From assembly GCA_016748015.1 (NCBI GenBank), contig JAAOMT010000258.1:126173-190172 (forward strand): DNA of 64,000 bases, given 5' to 3'. Below, piece after piece: positions 43,780-57,064 of the stretch (positions are counted from its first letter, which is position 1; the number at the start of each line of letters is the position of its first letter). The DNA is from Geosiphon pyriformis uo1 (lineage: Eukaryota > Fungi > Glomeromycota). The notes beneath the pieces were generated by a model that did no database searches, was not told where the DNA came from, and saw nothing but the letters and a program-made list of their open reading frames with translations. Both the position numbers and the translations under genes were made by a program.

Positions 43780-45480
43780 AACAAAAAATAATAATAGTAT
43801 AAATAACCAATAGTAAAATAGAAAATTATTAAAGCATATAATATTAAAAATTTCAAAAATACTAATAAAAATTTTAGAAATAGCAAATTATAGAAATTTC
43901 AAAAATTTTATATTATAAAAATTTATGTATATAAAGTAAAAATATTAAAAGTCAAAAAAAAATATTTAAAAAACAAACAAGTTTACTTAAAAATTAATTT
44001 AATCTTTTATTATTACTTTTATTTAAACTATAATTTTTTTAATAAAACATATTAATTAATTATATTTAAACTAATCAATTTATAAATTCAACTTATTATT
44101 AATATTATTATTTACTTAATATTATTATTAGTCCACTTATTTTTTTTATTAACAACATTTATAATTTATATACCAATTGCCAAATTAAAAAAGTTTACTA
44201 ACAAAGAAAATAATATTCAAATATAGTTAAATAAAATAGAAAAAGCTATTATTGCTAATAATTAAAATAATATTAAAGCTTTTTAAGTAATCTTACAATT
44301 GTTTTAAAACATAGTTAATTTATAATATCAAAATTTTACTGCTAAACTCATATTTTTTTAATATTTTAATAATTATAATAGCATTATTTATTACAAAAAT
44401 ATTTTAATAATATTAAACAGAAAAATAATAAAGCAATTACTATATTTTTAAAATATTTCTATTATTATCTATGTTAAATTTAGATAATTAATATTAAATA
44501 TTATATAGAATCATAAATTTTAAATTAATTTATTAAAAAATTATGTAGTAGTATTTTCCAATAAGTATATTTAACATATTTAGCAAATTTTTAAGCCATA
44601 ATTATATTGGTTTAAGATTTTAAATTGGTTAAGCTTAAGTTTAATTATGTTTAAGCCATAAATTTAATAATAAATAGATTATTTAAACTGAATATTAAGT
44701 TGAAACAACTCAATAATAATATTAATAAAAAAATGAAAAAATATTTAACTAATAATTAAGCTATATATTAATTTTTACAATATTATAAAAATTAATAGAA
44801 CAATAATTATTTTTAAAACCAGTTATAACTATTATTATTATTAAATTAATAACAGCCAAAAACTTAAATTAACTATTACTAATATATATAAAGTTACTTA
44901 AAAATTAATTATAAGTTATAATTAAATAATTAATAATCAAAAAATTAATATTAAAATTTTGATTAAAAAATTCATATTTTAAATTATAAAATTAAAGTTT
45001 AGCCAAAACAATATTAACTATTATAATATTACTTATTAATAATACTATAACAAATTTAATTACAACTTTTATATGTATTTTATTCTTAACTATAGTTTAT
45101 TAATTGTTTATTAACTATTAATTTGTAAATTAATATTACAATTTCAACTACAATTATTATTTTCAGTTTAAATTTAAAATTTAAAACCAAAAACTGTTTA
45201 ATAAAACTAACAATTAGCAATAATTACACATTAATTAATTTTTAATATTGTTAATTTGCAATTTGAAAATTATGTTCAAAATTTGAAAAACACTCAATTA
45301 TTTTTTTTAAATTTTAAAACTATTTAAATTTTTTTATAATAATTAAAAACTTATTATTCAATTTTAATAATAATAATAACAATATTTTATTTATAATTAT
45401 TACTAAAAATAATACTTTTACTATTATTTTTTTTTTAAACTAGAAAATTAGTCACTTTTTTTATTTTTTAAAATCTAATA
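43780..45480 (+). mobile_element. Extremely decayed LTR-like segment plus gag relic
   Basis: CCAAT and AAATTTC repeats at 43800-43930; NIQI*LNKIEKAIIANN*N capsid-like relic at ~44210. Confidence 0.45.
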
Positions 45481-45776
45481 ATATGAAGAGATTGTTAATA
45501 AAAAAAATCCCAATTTTTTATTAACTATAAATAAAGTTTTTTTTTTATTGGTTTGTGTATTATTGTTAGAATTAGACTTGGATTTTTCAGAGTTAAGTTT
45601 TAATGTTTATTTGTTTTTCTACTAAGAATACTAATTTTGTTGATAAAACAAAAATTTCAGTTATAGCTTATATAATAGTTAAAATTAAATATGCTAATAA
45701 TTGTTAATGAATTTGTTTTTTAAGTTTTTTTATATTGGTTATTTAACTTAATAGATAATTGATTTTAATATATATA

Positions 45777-47130
45777 CAGGGTGGTATAAAAAGTATTGGA
45801 CATTTTTATAATATGTTATATAAAAGAACTAACTTATGAATCGTTAATTTTTTATTATTATATTAAAATACATGTTAGTATTTTGTTTGACTCCCATTTG
45901 CTTTAAAAATAGCTTGAACTTGACATGGCATAAACTTGATCAAATTACGATAGTAATTTACAGATATCGCATTCTATTCTTCCTTAACTCACTGTTCTAA
46001 TTGTACAATATTTAAGGGTTGTGAATTACATTGACAAATTTTAACTTCAATATATGACTAAAAATTTTCTATTGAAGTAATATCAGGACTTTGTGCTGGC
46101 CAAGGAAGTAATTCAATATTTGAAGAGGTAAGAAAAGAATGCGCAACTTTTGATGTGTGAATTGGTGCATTGTTTTCCTGAAAAAAAAACTTTTTTTTAG
46201 GTTTTTTTGCATGAAGTTTTACCATAAAAATTGCATAATTAGCCAAGATTTTGCAGTATATAACTCCAGTAATATGACCAACCAAAAGAACTAAAGAACT
46301 CAAACCAACCCATGAAAAACATTCTCAAAACATGTAACCAAAGCTTTTTCTAATTGTGGCTGTAATACAATCCTTATGAAACTCTTTAGAAGGTTTACGC
46401 CATACATGTCCAAATCCTGTAGTCCTAAATTGTGTATATGTAGATTCATCTGACCAAACAACTCGTTTAAAATCTTCTACTGTCCAATTTTTATAAGTAC
46501 GAGCTTATTGTAAACATTTTTTTTTATTTGATTTGGAAATTAATGGCTTGAGATGAGGAATGTATGAGTGAAGTCTTTTTTGAGCTAATCTATTTCAAAT
46601 AGTTTATATAAAAATAGATTTGTTGGTATCTTTAATAAAATTCAATTGTATTTGAGAAAGAGTTTAGCAGCAGATTTTTTTATCCTCCATTATTGAATAT
46701 TTGAGTTGTTTACATGTGCATTTGTCAAGAATTTGTGGTCAGCCCATTCGTTTTTTAGGAAGTTTTTTTAGCTTGTATGACTTTTATACATGTATTACAG
46801 AAGAACGTAAACATCCAATAGTCATTGAAATTTTACTATTGTATGTTCTAACTTTTTTGCTAAAATAATTCCTCCTTTTTGGTATTCAGAAAGTTCTTTT
46901 TTAAGACATATTTGATGTGGTAAATTTTTTCATGACAAGAATATTTAATATTTTATAAATATGCATATAATCCACTGTTGTGTTTTACAAAGACACAATT
47001 TATGTTAATTTGTAGATTATAACTATAAGTAATTATAAAAAAAATTATGGTTTAAATTAGTAATGGTATTACTATATATAGCCTTTTTTATATATTATAT
47101 TAAGTGTTTAATACTTTTTATACTCTCCTG
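45777..47130 (-). mobile_element. Tc1/mariner DNA transposon (1354 bp) with ~26-bp TIRs and TA target duplication
   Basis: Left TA|CAGGGTGGTATAAAAAGTATTGGACA; right end (reverse complement) TA|CAGGAGAGTATAAAAAGTATTAAACA. Confidence 0.92.
45875..46909 (-). pseudogene. Tc1-family DD34E transposase (disrupted)
   Basis: VVWSDES; FQENNAPIH (second D mutated to N); WPAQSPDITSIE with 34 residues between the D position and E; C-terminal ANGSQTKY*. Confidence 0.92.
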
Positions 47131-48068
47131 TATATAATGACAAAAATTGCTTTCAATAGTAACAGTTTCTGTTAATATTTTTAAGTTTTCTTTAAAATAT
47201 TAAAATAATACTTTTTTAAATAGTAAATAATCTTTTTTTATAGTTCTAATAGTTATTATTTTTGTAAATTTTTAGAATATTCTGTTTTTGTGAATTTTAT
47301 AACTTTATAAGAAGCACCAAATATTATAAATAAACTTGAAGAAATATAATAGTTATATTTGGTGTTCTATATTTAAATAAGGAAGTTTAAAAAGTTTTTT
47401 TTGTTTATATAAGCAGCAAATTAAGATTATTGGTCTCTGAAGGTTTTTGATAGATATTAATTTATCTGTAAAGTTTTTTGGTTATAAGACATAAAAATAT
47501 AGTATAATTGTTTACAATTAGATATATATAAATTATATTTTTTAAGCTAGTTAAGTACAGTTGCTAAGATCTAATATTGTTTTTTTACTTTTTTAATAAG
47601 CTAACAAAATAGAATTAATATCTAAACTTAAAAGAAGCTTTTTTTTTTATTAAGCTATTACAAAGTCTATTTTCATACAGTTAATTTTTTTAATATTATT
47701 GCTCTATCAAAAAAAATAAAAAAATTCACAAAAAATAAAAAAATAAAAAATAAAAATAAAAAAAATTAATATTGTTAATTACTGTAATCAAGAATAATTA
47801 GTTTAAGTTATTAGAATTCTGGAGTTGTTTATGCTAAAAGCATTTGGCTTGAAACAAGAATAAAAAACACAATTAATTTAATTTTAACAACACAAATTTG
47901 GAAATTATATATAAGTAAATTAAACAATATATATATTTTTTTATTAGCAATTTATTAAGTAAAGTTTAATTGCTATCTAGTATATAGAATCAGACTAAAT
48001 GTCTCTAATTAAACACAATTCACATACTTATTACATATGGCTAGTCACTCAAATCAGACAAAGCAACA

Positions 48069-51000
48069 CTATACATATATACTAATACACATATTACCAC
48101 TTAAACTAAAAAAAATATATATAGTTTGTGATAGCCAAAACTAATTATAAAAGATTTAATAACATCAAACATTCTAACCACATTATTAGATAGCATAAAC
48201 ACCACACTATAAGACAATCCTAAAATCACACCACTATTTATAACCAGACTAGTCTTTTCTATATTCACTCTATATTTAGATTTTACTAGTCATGTCTTAA
48301 CATAATGCAATTCTACCAAATGTTTTACATATTTGAGAATCTTTAAAATAGCTTTTTTTTTCTCATCAAAAATTTCAACAGCTTTCACATACCAATTTTT
48401 TAACACAAATCTCTTGTAAATTATTGTATACAGACTTATATCTAAAGAATACCTAAAAAAAGTTCGCAAAATAGCAAAAAAAGACTGTCCATAAACATCT
48501 ATAAATATAATTCATTATGTAAAAGCCTCAGCTAAAATTTTTTTTAAACACCAATATTTTAAACACAAGTAAACACATAATCAAACAACTCCACTTTATT
48601 ACACAGCAAACACAACATATTAAAATATTATTTATTGTACAATCTTTTTTTAATTGTCATAAGCAGTTATTTATGTATAGTTTTTATTAAATATGTACAC
48701 AGATTGACAGATTTTCTACTAATAGACTCAGAAAGCATATGTAAATTAGGATGCCAAATTTTTGCAGTAACCACCTAATCAACATCCTTAATTAATATAC
48801 TTAAAGTTACATTGTAACCAGAGTCAGTTTTTCAATAAGCATAAAAAACAGATCTATATAAATCTTGAACAAAATAACAGATATTGTCAAACACAGCTGT
48901 GCTTTTAGCCATCATAAAAAATTTTTGTACTTTTATTAGCAAAAAAAATAAAAAATAAACAGTCTTATCTGCTAATATATTAGTCTTTATATTGCCACAA
49001 ATTCCCAAATAACTTTTAATCTTTACCCAATACACAATAAGATTCTTATCCCTAATCAGATTAATAATATGTTTTTTTTTATTCAACATTGATTATAAAA
49101 GTCTGATACAGCAAATAACATTTTAGATATATATGTATCAATAGCAGCTTGGCTATTAAAGTGCAAAATTACTGTACAAAAAGATGAAACACACTTTAAA
49201 AACAAAACAACAGCCTATAATTTGGCCATAGTAAAAAACAAAAGCCCATATACCTTACATCAACACTCATATTTACAGCTAGAAAATACACAGCTATCTC
49301 ACTAGTAACATTAGCACAGCCAGCATTTTTCAATAAATTATCTGTATAAATCTTAAACAAACCAGACCAAATCTCATGTAAACTATCCCAAATGTTAAAA
49401 AACCTCTTGAATTTCAAAATGTTTAAGTCTAACAACCAATTGGTCTCAGCAAAAACACTTAACACAAAACTTCTATTACACAAAAATTTCAATGTAAGCT
49501 CAAACCAAAAAGACACAAGGCTCCTAAGATCCAGCTTTTTTCAACAATAAAAATTTTTCTAATCTATTACATTGCTCTTTTTATCAAAAAGCTTATTACT
49601 AAAAGCAATTCCAAATTACTTTAAAAAGTGAATGAAATTAAAATACATGGTTTTTTCCAAAATCACTAATATTAAAAAGTTATTAAGATTATAAAAAGCA
49701 TTGGACAGATTATTTTTTAAAGATAGCTTATTGTCTAAAAAAATTTTCATTATCCTAACCAGAAAATTGTTTACTGAACTAACATATAATTTAATAAGAA
49801 ATTGTAAGAGATTTAGAAAAGCCCAATCCAAAATCTGTAAATCCAAGAATTTATAATTAAATAAGTGTTTAAAAATGCCCAAAGCATTAAAAAAACGACT
49901 AAGACAGCCAATTTTTTTTTAGACTGCACTTGCTTAAATAATTTTAGATCATATAAAGAGAAATAATATAAAATTTTACTAAAAAAATTACAGAGCAAAC
50001 AGATTTTAGACTTAAGAATTTTTTTAATTATAACATCTTACTTGTAATACACATTTAACAAGACAAAACTAAACTGAGTTTTATAATTAACTATGAACTA
50101 CAAAACAGCTGACACTAAATAAGAGAACTGCTTATTCATAATAGTTTTTCTGAGCATTATATTAACAAAAAATCGAACATCAGAATGAATCTTGGCCATA
50201 CTTGGCTTGAACAATTCTTTAGTTAACAAAAAAATTTTCAAATATTTATGTATTTTACTTTTTTTGGCAATTAAAATCAGCTGACCACTAATATACAAAA
50301 AAGCAACTTTAACATCTTAATTGATAAAAATAACTACTGTTTTTTTATTGTTAATTGAGATATTATTGATCATAAAAAACTTACTATCAATGTTAAAACA
50401 TACTAAATAGAAGTTTAATTATTCCCAATCTAAATTGTGTTATTAACAAATACATTAACTGTATTAAAAGAAAACATTCTATTACTATTTTCAATTCTGT
50501 CAGTTTTTGCCATAAACTTAGTATTAATTCAGTATTTGCACAAATGTTTATGCCTTTTAATCTTGTACAAAAGTGGATTATAAAAATTTTTTCAAAGAAG
50601 AAATAAGAAAACTTTGTTCTAATCCAATTTTTTGTGTATTTTATAGCCACTTGAAAAGCCAAAATCAGTTATCATTTTATTAATCCTATTTTTATGTATG
50701 TTGCCAAAAAATTTGATGAAATTATTACACATTTTGATCTATTGCAAGCTAACTCTCAAGTAGTACCAATCAACCAAGTTATATGCTTTGTACATATTTT
50801 ATAAGACCAACCAAAATTTTTTATTTTTTTCAAGAGTATTTTTAATTACTAACCTAACAGCAAATATAAGAGACTAAGTAGATATACCCTTTAAAACCAA
50901 AAAATTATTATCTTAAAAAACACCAAACTTATTATACACAAATAAAATTCAATCAAATAAAATCTTAAAAAAAACTTTTCTGGCAGTTTTGATTAAAACA

Positions 51001-52744
51001 ATAAGTCAAGTATTTATTAAAACTCTATTCCAATTATAAAGTTTAAGAATTATCAAGACCCAAGCTTTTTTCTATAAAAAAAAAACACTATTAATAAACA
51101 AACATGTATTTAACAAATCCAAAAAGCATCTCACTACTTTATTACTACTATGTTTCTAAAGTTTTTTAGGAATGCAAAACAAATCAGCAATCTTGTTATT
51201 AAGCAGATCATTAATTACCAAAAACAATTCTTCCATACTGATTTTCTTCATTATACCAAAAAAAATATTATCTTTTACATAATTCAATAATATATATTGG
51301 TAAGCCCAAAAATTAGACATTGTTATAGATACAGTCTACTTTTTTGTCCAACTTTTTATTATCTTATCAACATTGAGCTTTATCTCTTCTGGTTTCAGAA
51401 CCAACTTATCATCTACCATTAAATAATCTAGAATCACTTTGTAAAAAAACCAATTTAAAATGCTTCTAATCATATTACTTTTATTAAAACAAAAATTTTT
51501 TATGTGCTTCTTAATTGCTTTCCTAATAGATGCTTTTTCAGTCAATCTCAACTTATACATCTTGGATCTTCTGTACTTTTTTTGAACTAATAATAAATAT
51601 CTAAAAATATCTATTGGTTTTTTATCATTTCAAATTATGTTCACAATCATAAAAGTCTTATTATTATTCAAAGTTAACCATTTTTTAACTAAACAATTGA
51701 AATCAAGTATGTTATCTAAGCTTAACTTTTTAATAATTTTGGCAATTAATAATTCTAATTCAAAAAACTTAGAAGACTGTTTGTTTTTTAAACACTAAAA
51801 TTCACTGAACCAATTATTTTATTAGCTGATTCTACTATCATCTTTTCCAGCAATATTTACATAGCATCCAAATTACCACAAGCCTTAGCATCCAAAAATT
51901 TATCTTCTATCACCAAAAGCTTGACAAAAGAATATTTCTTAAATTGTGTCTATTTAACATTATTTGTATCCTTAATTTTGAACTTCTAACAATTTTTATT
52001 AGTTTGTTTGCACAAACCATTTAAACAAACATCCAAAAATCTACTCAAATCAATCAAAACTAAGACAGTTTTGTGATTGATGTCAAAAAATATAAACACA
52101 AAATCAACTCTATAACTAACAACCACTAATAATAAGCTTTTATTAACAAAAATATAATCTATAATTTTTTTTATATTCTTTGAATTGTCTTAAGTTAAGG
52201 CTTTAACTAATAAATGGCTACTAAATAAGTTGACCAAACTTAAATTCAGACAAAACTTGAAACTCACACTTTTTTTAGACTTATCTTCATTGAAATTCTC
52301 ATTTAAAACCACAAAAGTACTAAAATTAACAGCTTTGGCAATAAAAAAGTTAATTTCAGAAACTTAACCAAACTTAGCTTCAGTAAAAACACCAGCATAC
52401 AAATTCAAAACCATGACTAAAAGCTTGTCCTTAAAGAAAAGCCATACTGAAACAATACAACCAAGAATCTCTTTTATTTTAAAGACATGTCAAGCCAAAA
52501 AATTGTTCATAATAATGGCTACTTTAATGCCAAAAAAACCTTTTTTCAAATCAAATGTGAAGATTTATATCTCCTCAAACTTATTTGCAATTCAAAATTT
52601 GATACTAGACCTTAATTTTGTTTTTGTTATAAAAAAAATCATGATACCCAAATTTACATGCTAATAAACAATGTTTTTTTGCTTAGCAGAGACATTTATA
52701 TTTTTAACATTACAAGTAGCAAACTTTTATACCAGATCTGTTAT
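48069..52744 (-). pseudogene. LINE ORF2 (APE-RT-RNase H-ZnF) relic
   Basis: KFATCNVKNIN start; HKYLKIFL; IYTDNLL (YTDGS); WVKIKSYLGICGN. Confidence 0.85.
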
Positions 52745-54292
52745 TAAAAAAAGAGATTTTTTACATTCAAATTAAAATTGTTTATCTTGGCTATTAAGCT
52801 TATAACTGTAGCTAACAAATTGTTTATGTTTTTTTTAACTTTAAAACAAACAATTGATTAAAAATTATTACTTTTACAACAGTTTTATCACTAGTGACTG
52901 CACCCAAACTCTTATTTATTACTATATCTGCCCCTTGATTTTGTGATGAAGAGGTCACCAATAGCTGACATCTAGAATTAAGCTGAAAAACTATTGATCT
53001 GAATGCATCTAACTTTTTAGCCAGCTTATTAATCTGCTCTGTAAGGCTGATAAGACTGTATTTAAGAGTGGTAAACCTATTATTAACTTCCAAAAAAACT
53101 ATCAAGACAGATTTAATATCTGAAAATAAACCAGCACTGAAAAAAACCAAAGGTATTATATAAAAAGTAGAACTATTAGCAATCTAAGCCCAAGTTTTTC
53201 CACCAAAAAACACTGAGCAAGCAATAGAAATCTGCTTTTTTATATATATATTGGCTAAATGAACTTAATCTTAAGAAGTGACTATTTGTTTACCATAAGT
53301 TTCAAGATTTTTACTTACTAAACACATATTAAAAACATGACTAAATTGTTTACATTAAGCACAACAGCCCAAAAAAAGACCAGTCCAATGCAAATTTACA
53401 TTCTTAAAAACCAAAATAGAACTAATAGCAGCCATTTTAGATGCCTTATCAGCAAAACAAACTATAACACACTTATCATGTACATATAAACTTGAATTAC
53501 AACCAATACAACAGATTTTTTTACTATATAATTCCAACAAATCAGAAAGATTATGAACAGTAATGTCAACTGGCAAAGTATATAACAATATCTAATAAAA
53601 ATTTTTAGATACTTATAACTGTTTATTATTAATTACCAAAGCCATATGCATAAAATTTTTTCTCATAAGAACTAATTACTTGAAAATAACTAAACAGACA
53701 ATATTTACTGACTTAAACTCAATTAAAATCTTTTGTTAAAGAATCAACTATATTTTAATTAAAGTAATCTTGTCAAATTTGGAAAAAACTGACTCTATTG
53801 CTAATTTAAAAAGATCTACTGGGATTTTTTTAATAATTACTTCTTAATTTGTATGACTATTTGTTTTTTTTATATTATTATTAACCAGAATTTTTTTACT
53901 AACAGCCAATTTTTTTGTCTTTTTCAAATACAACTCAAATGTAAAAAAAAATTTAATTATTTCAGAAAATTTTGGAGGAGTAAAGACTCTTCCAAAACCA
54001 TTAATATAATAAAATTTTTTTTTTACAGCAATCAACTTATTATGATTGATTTTGCCAGGCATAGCAAACAGCTTAATATTTAAAGTAAAAGATTTAATTG
54101 GCTTAAAACTACATTTTTCTAAAGCACATAATCTAGTCAATAATACTGAATCAACAAACTTGGGAAAAGAAAACATTAAAACATCATCATTATTGTTCAT
54201 ATTATTAAATATTAGAACTTTTGGTGAGTACTTTAACATATATATTCAAGTATGAGTTTTTCTAGGTGTCATTTTATTTTTATTTTTACTGT
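52741..54292 (-). pseudogene. LINE ORF1 relic (5'-interrupted)
   Basis: ORFs 53844..54239 and 53355..53588 align with 1464..2573 (e.g. HNLSDLLELY). Confidence 0.85.
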
Positions 54293-55263
54293 TGTTACTG
54301 GAGATTTTTGGTTTTTTTTTTTGAATATTGTTAATGTTAATTTGCTGTGAATTCACGTTTCTAGGAAGTAGTTGGACCTCTAGTAACTGAATTTATCTTC
54401 AAATTATTTTCTATAATTTGAACTGCTGGACTTATAAGTGGAATAACCAATTTCTTGCCAGTTACTTTATATAGTTATGTTGTAGTAAACATTAACTCTT
54501 TCCCAGGAATTGCTCATTTGGAAGCTCATTAAAAATATGTAGTTATTTTGCTGTAAAAGTCAACTCTTCTACAGAAATCTTGTCTGTAGGCTATCCTAAT
54601 GATTATAATAAGAAATGAAAGAAAAATAAAAAAAAATATAAAAGAAGTAGAATTTATCAAGAGAAACATTTTCTATCCAGGCCTGGAGTCACTAACAGTT
54701 TACTGAAATTGGTAGCTAATCAATTTCAAAACGTTAGTTGTGTTGGGAGAATTTCAAGTGTAATAATCAAAGAATTTGTTTTTTAAATATTTAATTTTTT
54801 ATTTGAAATATGTAAAAGATGATTTGTTCCAATTAAGATATCTAAAGTAAGATACTATGTTAAGATATTATGAAAAAATACATTTTTTTGAAGAGAAAAG
54901 CTCTTTTTTTATACAACTTGTTGTAATACTAGTCTTTGAACTTGCACTTTTCTCTTTGCAATAATTTGGATGAACTAAAGATATATTTTAATAAACTACA
55001 AGTTATTTCACTGAACTATTGATTATTTCGGCCAATTTCCATTAATTTCGGCAAATTTTGACTATGTTAAATGGTTCAGGATATTGTGTAATTTGATTAT
55101 TTTAATTTCTAGAGTACAAATCGGATTATTGATTGAGTAATGATATCTGATAATTTGATTAAATAATAAGTGATAATCGAAATAATAATAATATATGCTA
55201 ATTAATAATAGGAATTATGAGAGTAATTTCTTGCTAATTAATAGCTAAATTCTACTGATAACA
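54293..55263 (-). repeat. Family A 3' LTR (971 bp)
   Basis: TGTTA...TAACA inverted termini; homologous to four other LTR copies in the window. Confidence 0.9.
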
Positions 55264-55909
55264 TAATCTTCTCCTCAAGACTGAGCTCCATTGAAGTCCA
55301 AGCACTATCTGTGATATTAAGATAATAGTCCAAGATAATTGAAGTCATCTGGTCTGAAAATTGTTGAAATTTCAGTTCTGTAAGCTTTTCAATGTATTGA
55401 ATTTTCATTAGATGGAGTATTGGATTTTGTAGGATGTTTTCACAAGTGTTGAATAAATTATAGAGTTTAAATGCTGCTTTAAGTTTGTAGTGAGTGTTTG
55501 TTGGTCTAGCTGCTGTCTTGAATTCATTGTGAATTTGTTTTTGTATAGTCTCAGAAGTGATGTTGGTTGCTTCAAGTTCTAGTTTTCGTTTATAAAGTGT
55601 TTTTCCAATATGAAAATATCTATATATAAAAGTATGTTTATTGTTCTGTTTATTAAGAAATAGTAGAAGTTTTTGTTGTATTGTGGCATTTGGTGGAGTG
55701 TCAATAGGAGCAATTAAAAAATTTTCTTTCAGTGCTTGTTTCAAAAGTTCTGGTAATCTATTTTTAGAGTGACCTTTTGTTTTTCTTTTATAAGGGTGAT
55801 AATTCTGAGAATTATTTACTACTGGGGCTGTGATTTCTTTCTGAATGTAATTAATTTGACTTCTATTAATTGTTATGAATAAGTCAAGAAGTGTTTTCAA
55901 GGCTAACAT
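55238..55909 (-). CDS. Family A ORF3: accessory protein of unknown function in the env position
   Basis: 223 open codons between the pol stop and the LTR; homologs at the same position at ~21360-22070 and ~33270-33950; the true N-terminus probably continues past 56824. Confidence 0.7.
   Translation of the reverse strand: MLALKTLLDLFITINRSQINYIQKEITAPVVNNSQNYHPYKRKTKGHSKNRLPELLKQALKENFLIAPIDTPPNATIQQKLLLFLNKQNNKHTFIYRYFHIGKTLYKRKLELEATNITSETIQKQIHNEFKTAARPTNTHYKLKAAFKLYNLFNTCENILQNPILHLMKIQYIEKLTELKFQQFSDQMTSIILDYYLNITDSAWTSMELSLEEKIMLSVEFSY
55267..55276 (-). promoter_or_regulatory. Polypurine tract
   Basis: GAGGAGAAGA 3 nt upstream of the LTR TG. Confidence 0.8.
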
Positions 55910-55924
55910 TAATTTTTGAAATAT

Positions 55925-56816
55925 ATATATATTTTTTTTATATTTAACGAGTGAAGTCCAAATGCAACTTAAAACTATACATCAAAGAAATGATCTAAAC
56001 TAAGTGCGAATCATGCACTTTCTACATGTGACCAGCCACTCGAGCCAGTCAGGACAACACTACACATCTATATTAACAGAAACCGAGTTACCAATACCTG
56101 AGAAAAACGAACAAGATTTGTGAAAACCAAAACGGATGCCAAAAGCTTCAGCAATACCAAGCAATTTAACCACACCATCCAAAAACCTCGAAACCAAACC
56201 AAAAATCAAGACAGAAATTGAGCCATCCACCAGGATCAGGCCATTTTTTTCCATGTATACACGATGCTTGGCACAGACCAACCAAACATTATTCCTAAAA
56301 GTAACACAAAGGGAGCATATAAAATCAGTAATCTTGACGCCAATGATCTTGAGATCATGGAAGACAGAAACAGCCTCTCAAAACCATTCTCTGAAAACAA
56401 AACCCTTATAAAGAGCTGAAAACACCAGGAAATCTGAAGCACAGATTGACAATAGCTGCAATACATTAGAAGAAGAGAGAGAAAGACCAGAAATTGCCTT
56501 CCAAGAAAACATACAGGATTCCAAAATCTCATGACAAGCTGAATCATCAATTACACAAAAAAACACATGATCAGATACTTCCACCTCACCACAATACAGA
56601 CACAGAACACTTGGGTAACATCTATCATAAACACGCTTTCAAATAGCCATGGGAAGCCGGCAGTGTAAAGTCTTCATAAAGTAAGTACGAATGTTAGCAG
56701 TGTGCCTGCTGGTGAAACCTGTTGCCATATGTAAATCAGGATGCCAAACTCTGGAAGAACTAAGCCAATCAACATCCAAGTGCAAATCTCTAGGTAGAAA
56801 CCCAGAACTGGAACCA
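55925..56816 (-). mobile_element. Young 5'-truncated LINE copy (ORF2 C-terminus + 3' UTR)
   Basis: CLYCGEVEVSDHVFFC; homologous to 7085-7945; retains many CpG; candidate TSD GAAATAT (55918-24) / GAGATAT (56817-23). Confidence 0.9.
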
Positions 56817-57064
56817 GAGATATTTGTTGAATATTTCGGAGAATAATTATGATAAAAATGACTAATTAACTAAAAAAAAAGAATAAAAAAATTATTTTTA
56901 GGTGTGAGAGTTTTTATTTGTTTTTGGGTTTGGGTTTTTTTTGTAATTATTTACTATTTTTGTTTTCTGTTTTTGTGTATTATTAAAAAAGATTATTGTA
57001 AGAATATGTTGAATTAAGTGTTCAAGTTTGGTTGTTGTTCTATTATGATTATTGGTTCTAAATT

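Larger units (their letters stand above)
47927..54292 (-). mobile_element. Second LINE copy (related subfamily), more decayed; ORF1 5' part cut by the family A LTR at 54293
   Basis: ORF fragments homologous to the 1043-7957 LINE along its length; same type of 3' UTR. Confidence 0.88.

Noticed and set aside
55238-55909. ORF3 being selectively preserved (domesticated) in this copy
   Set aside because: A pol segment of the same length (61850..62527) is also stop-free, and the ORF3 5' end is disrupted by a LINE.
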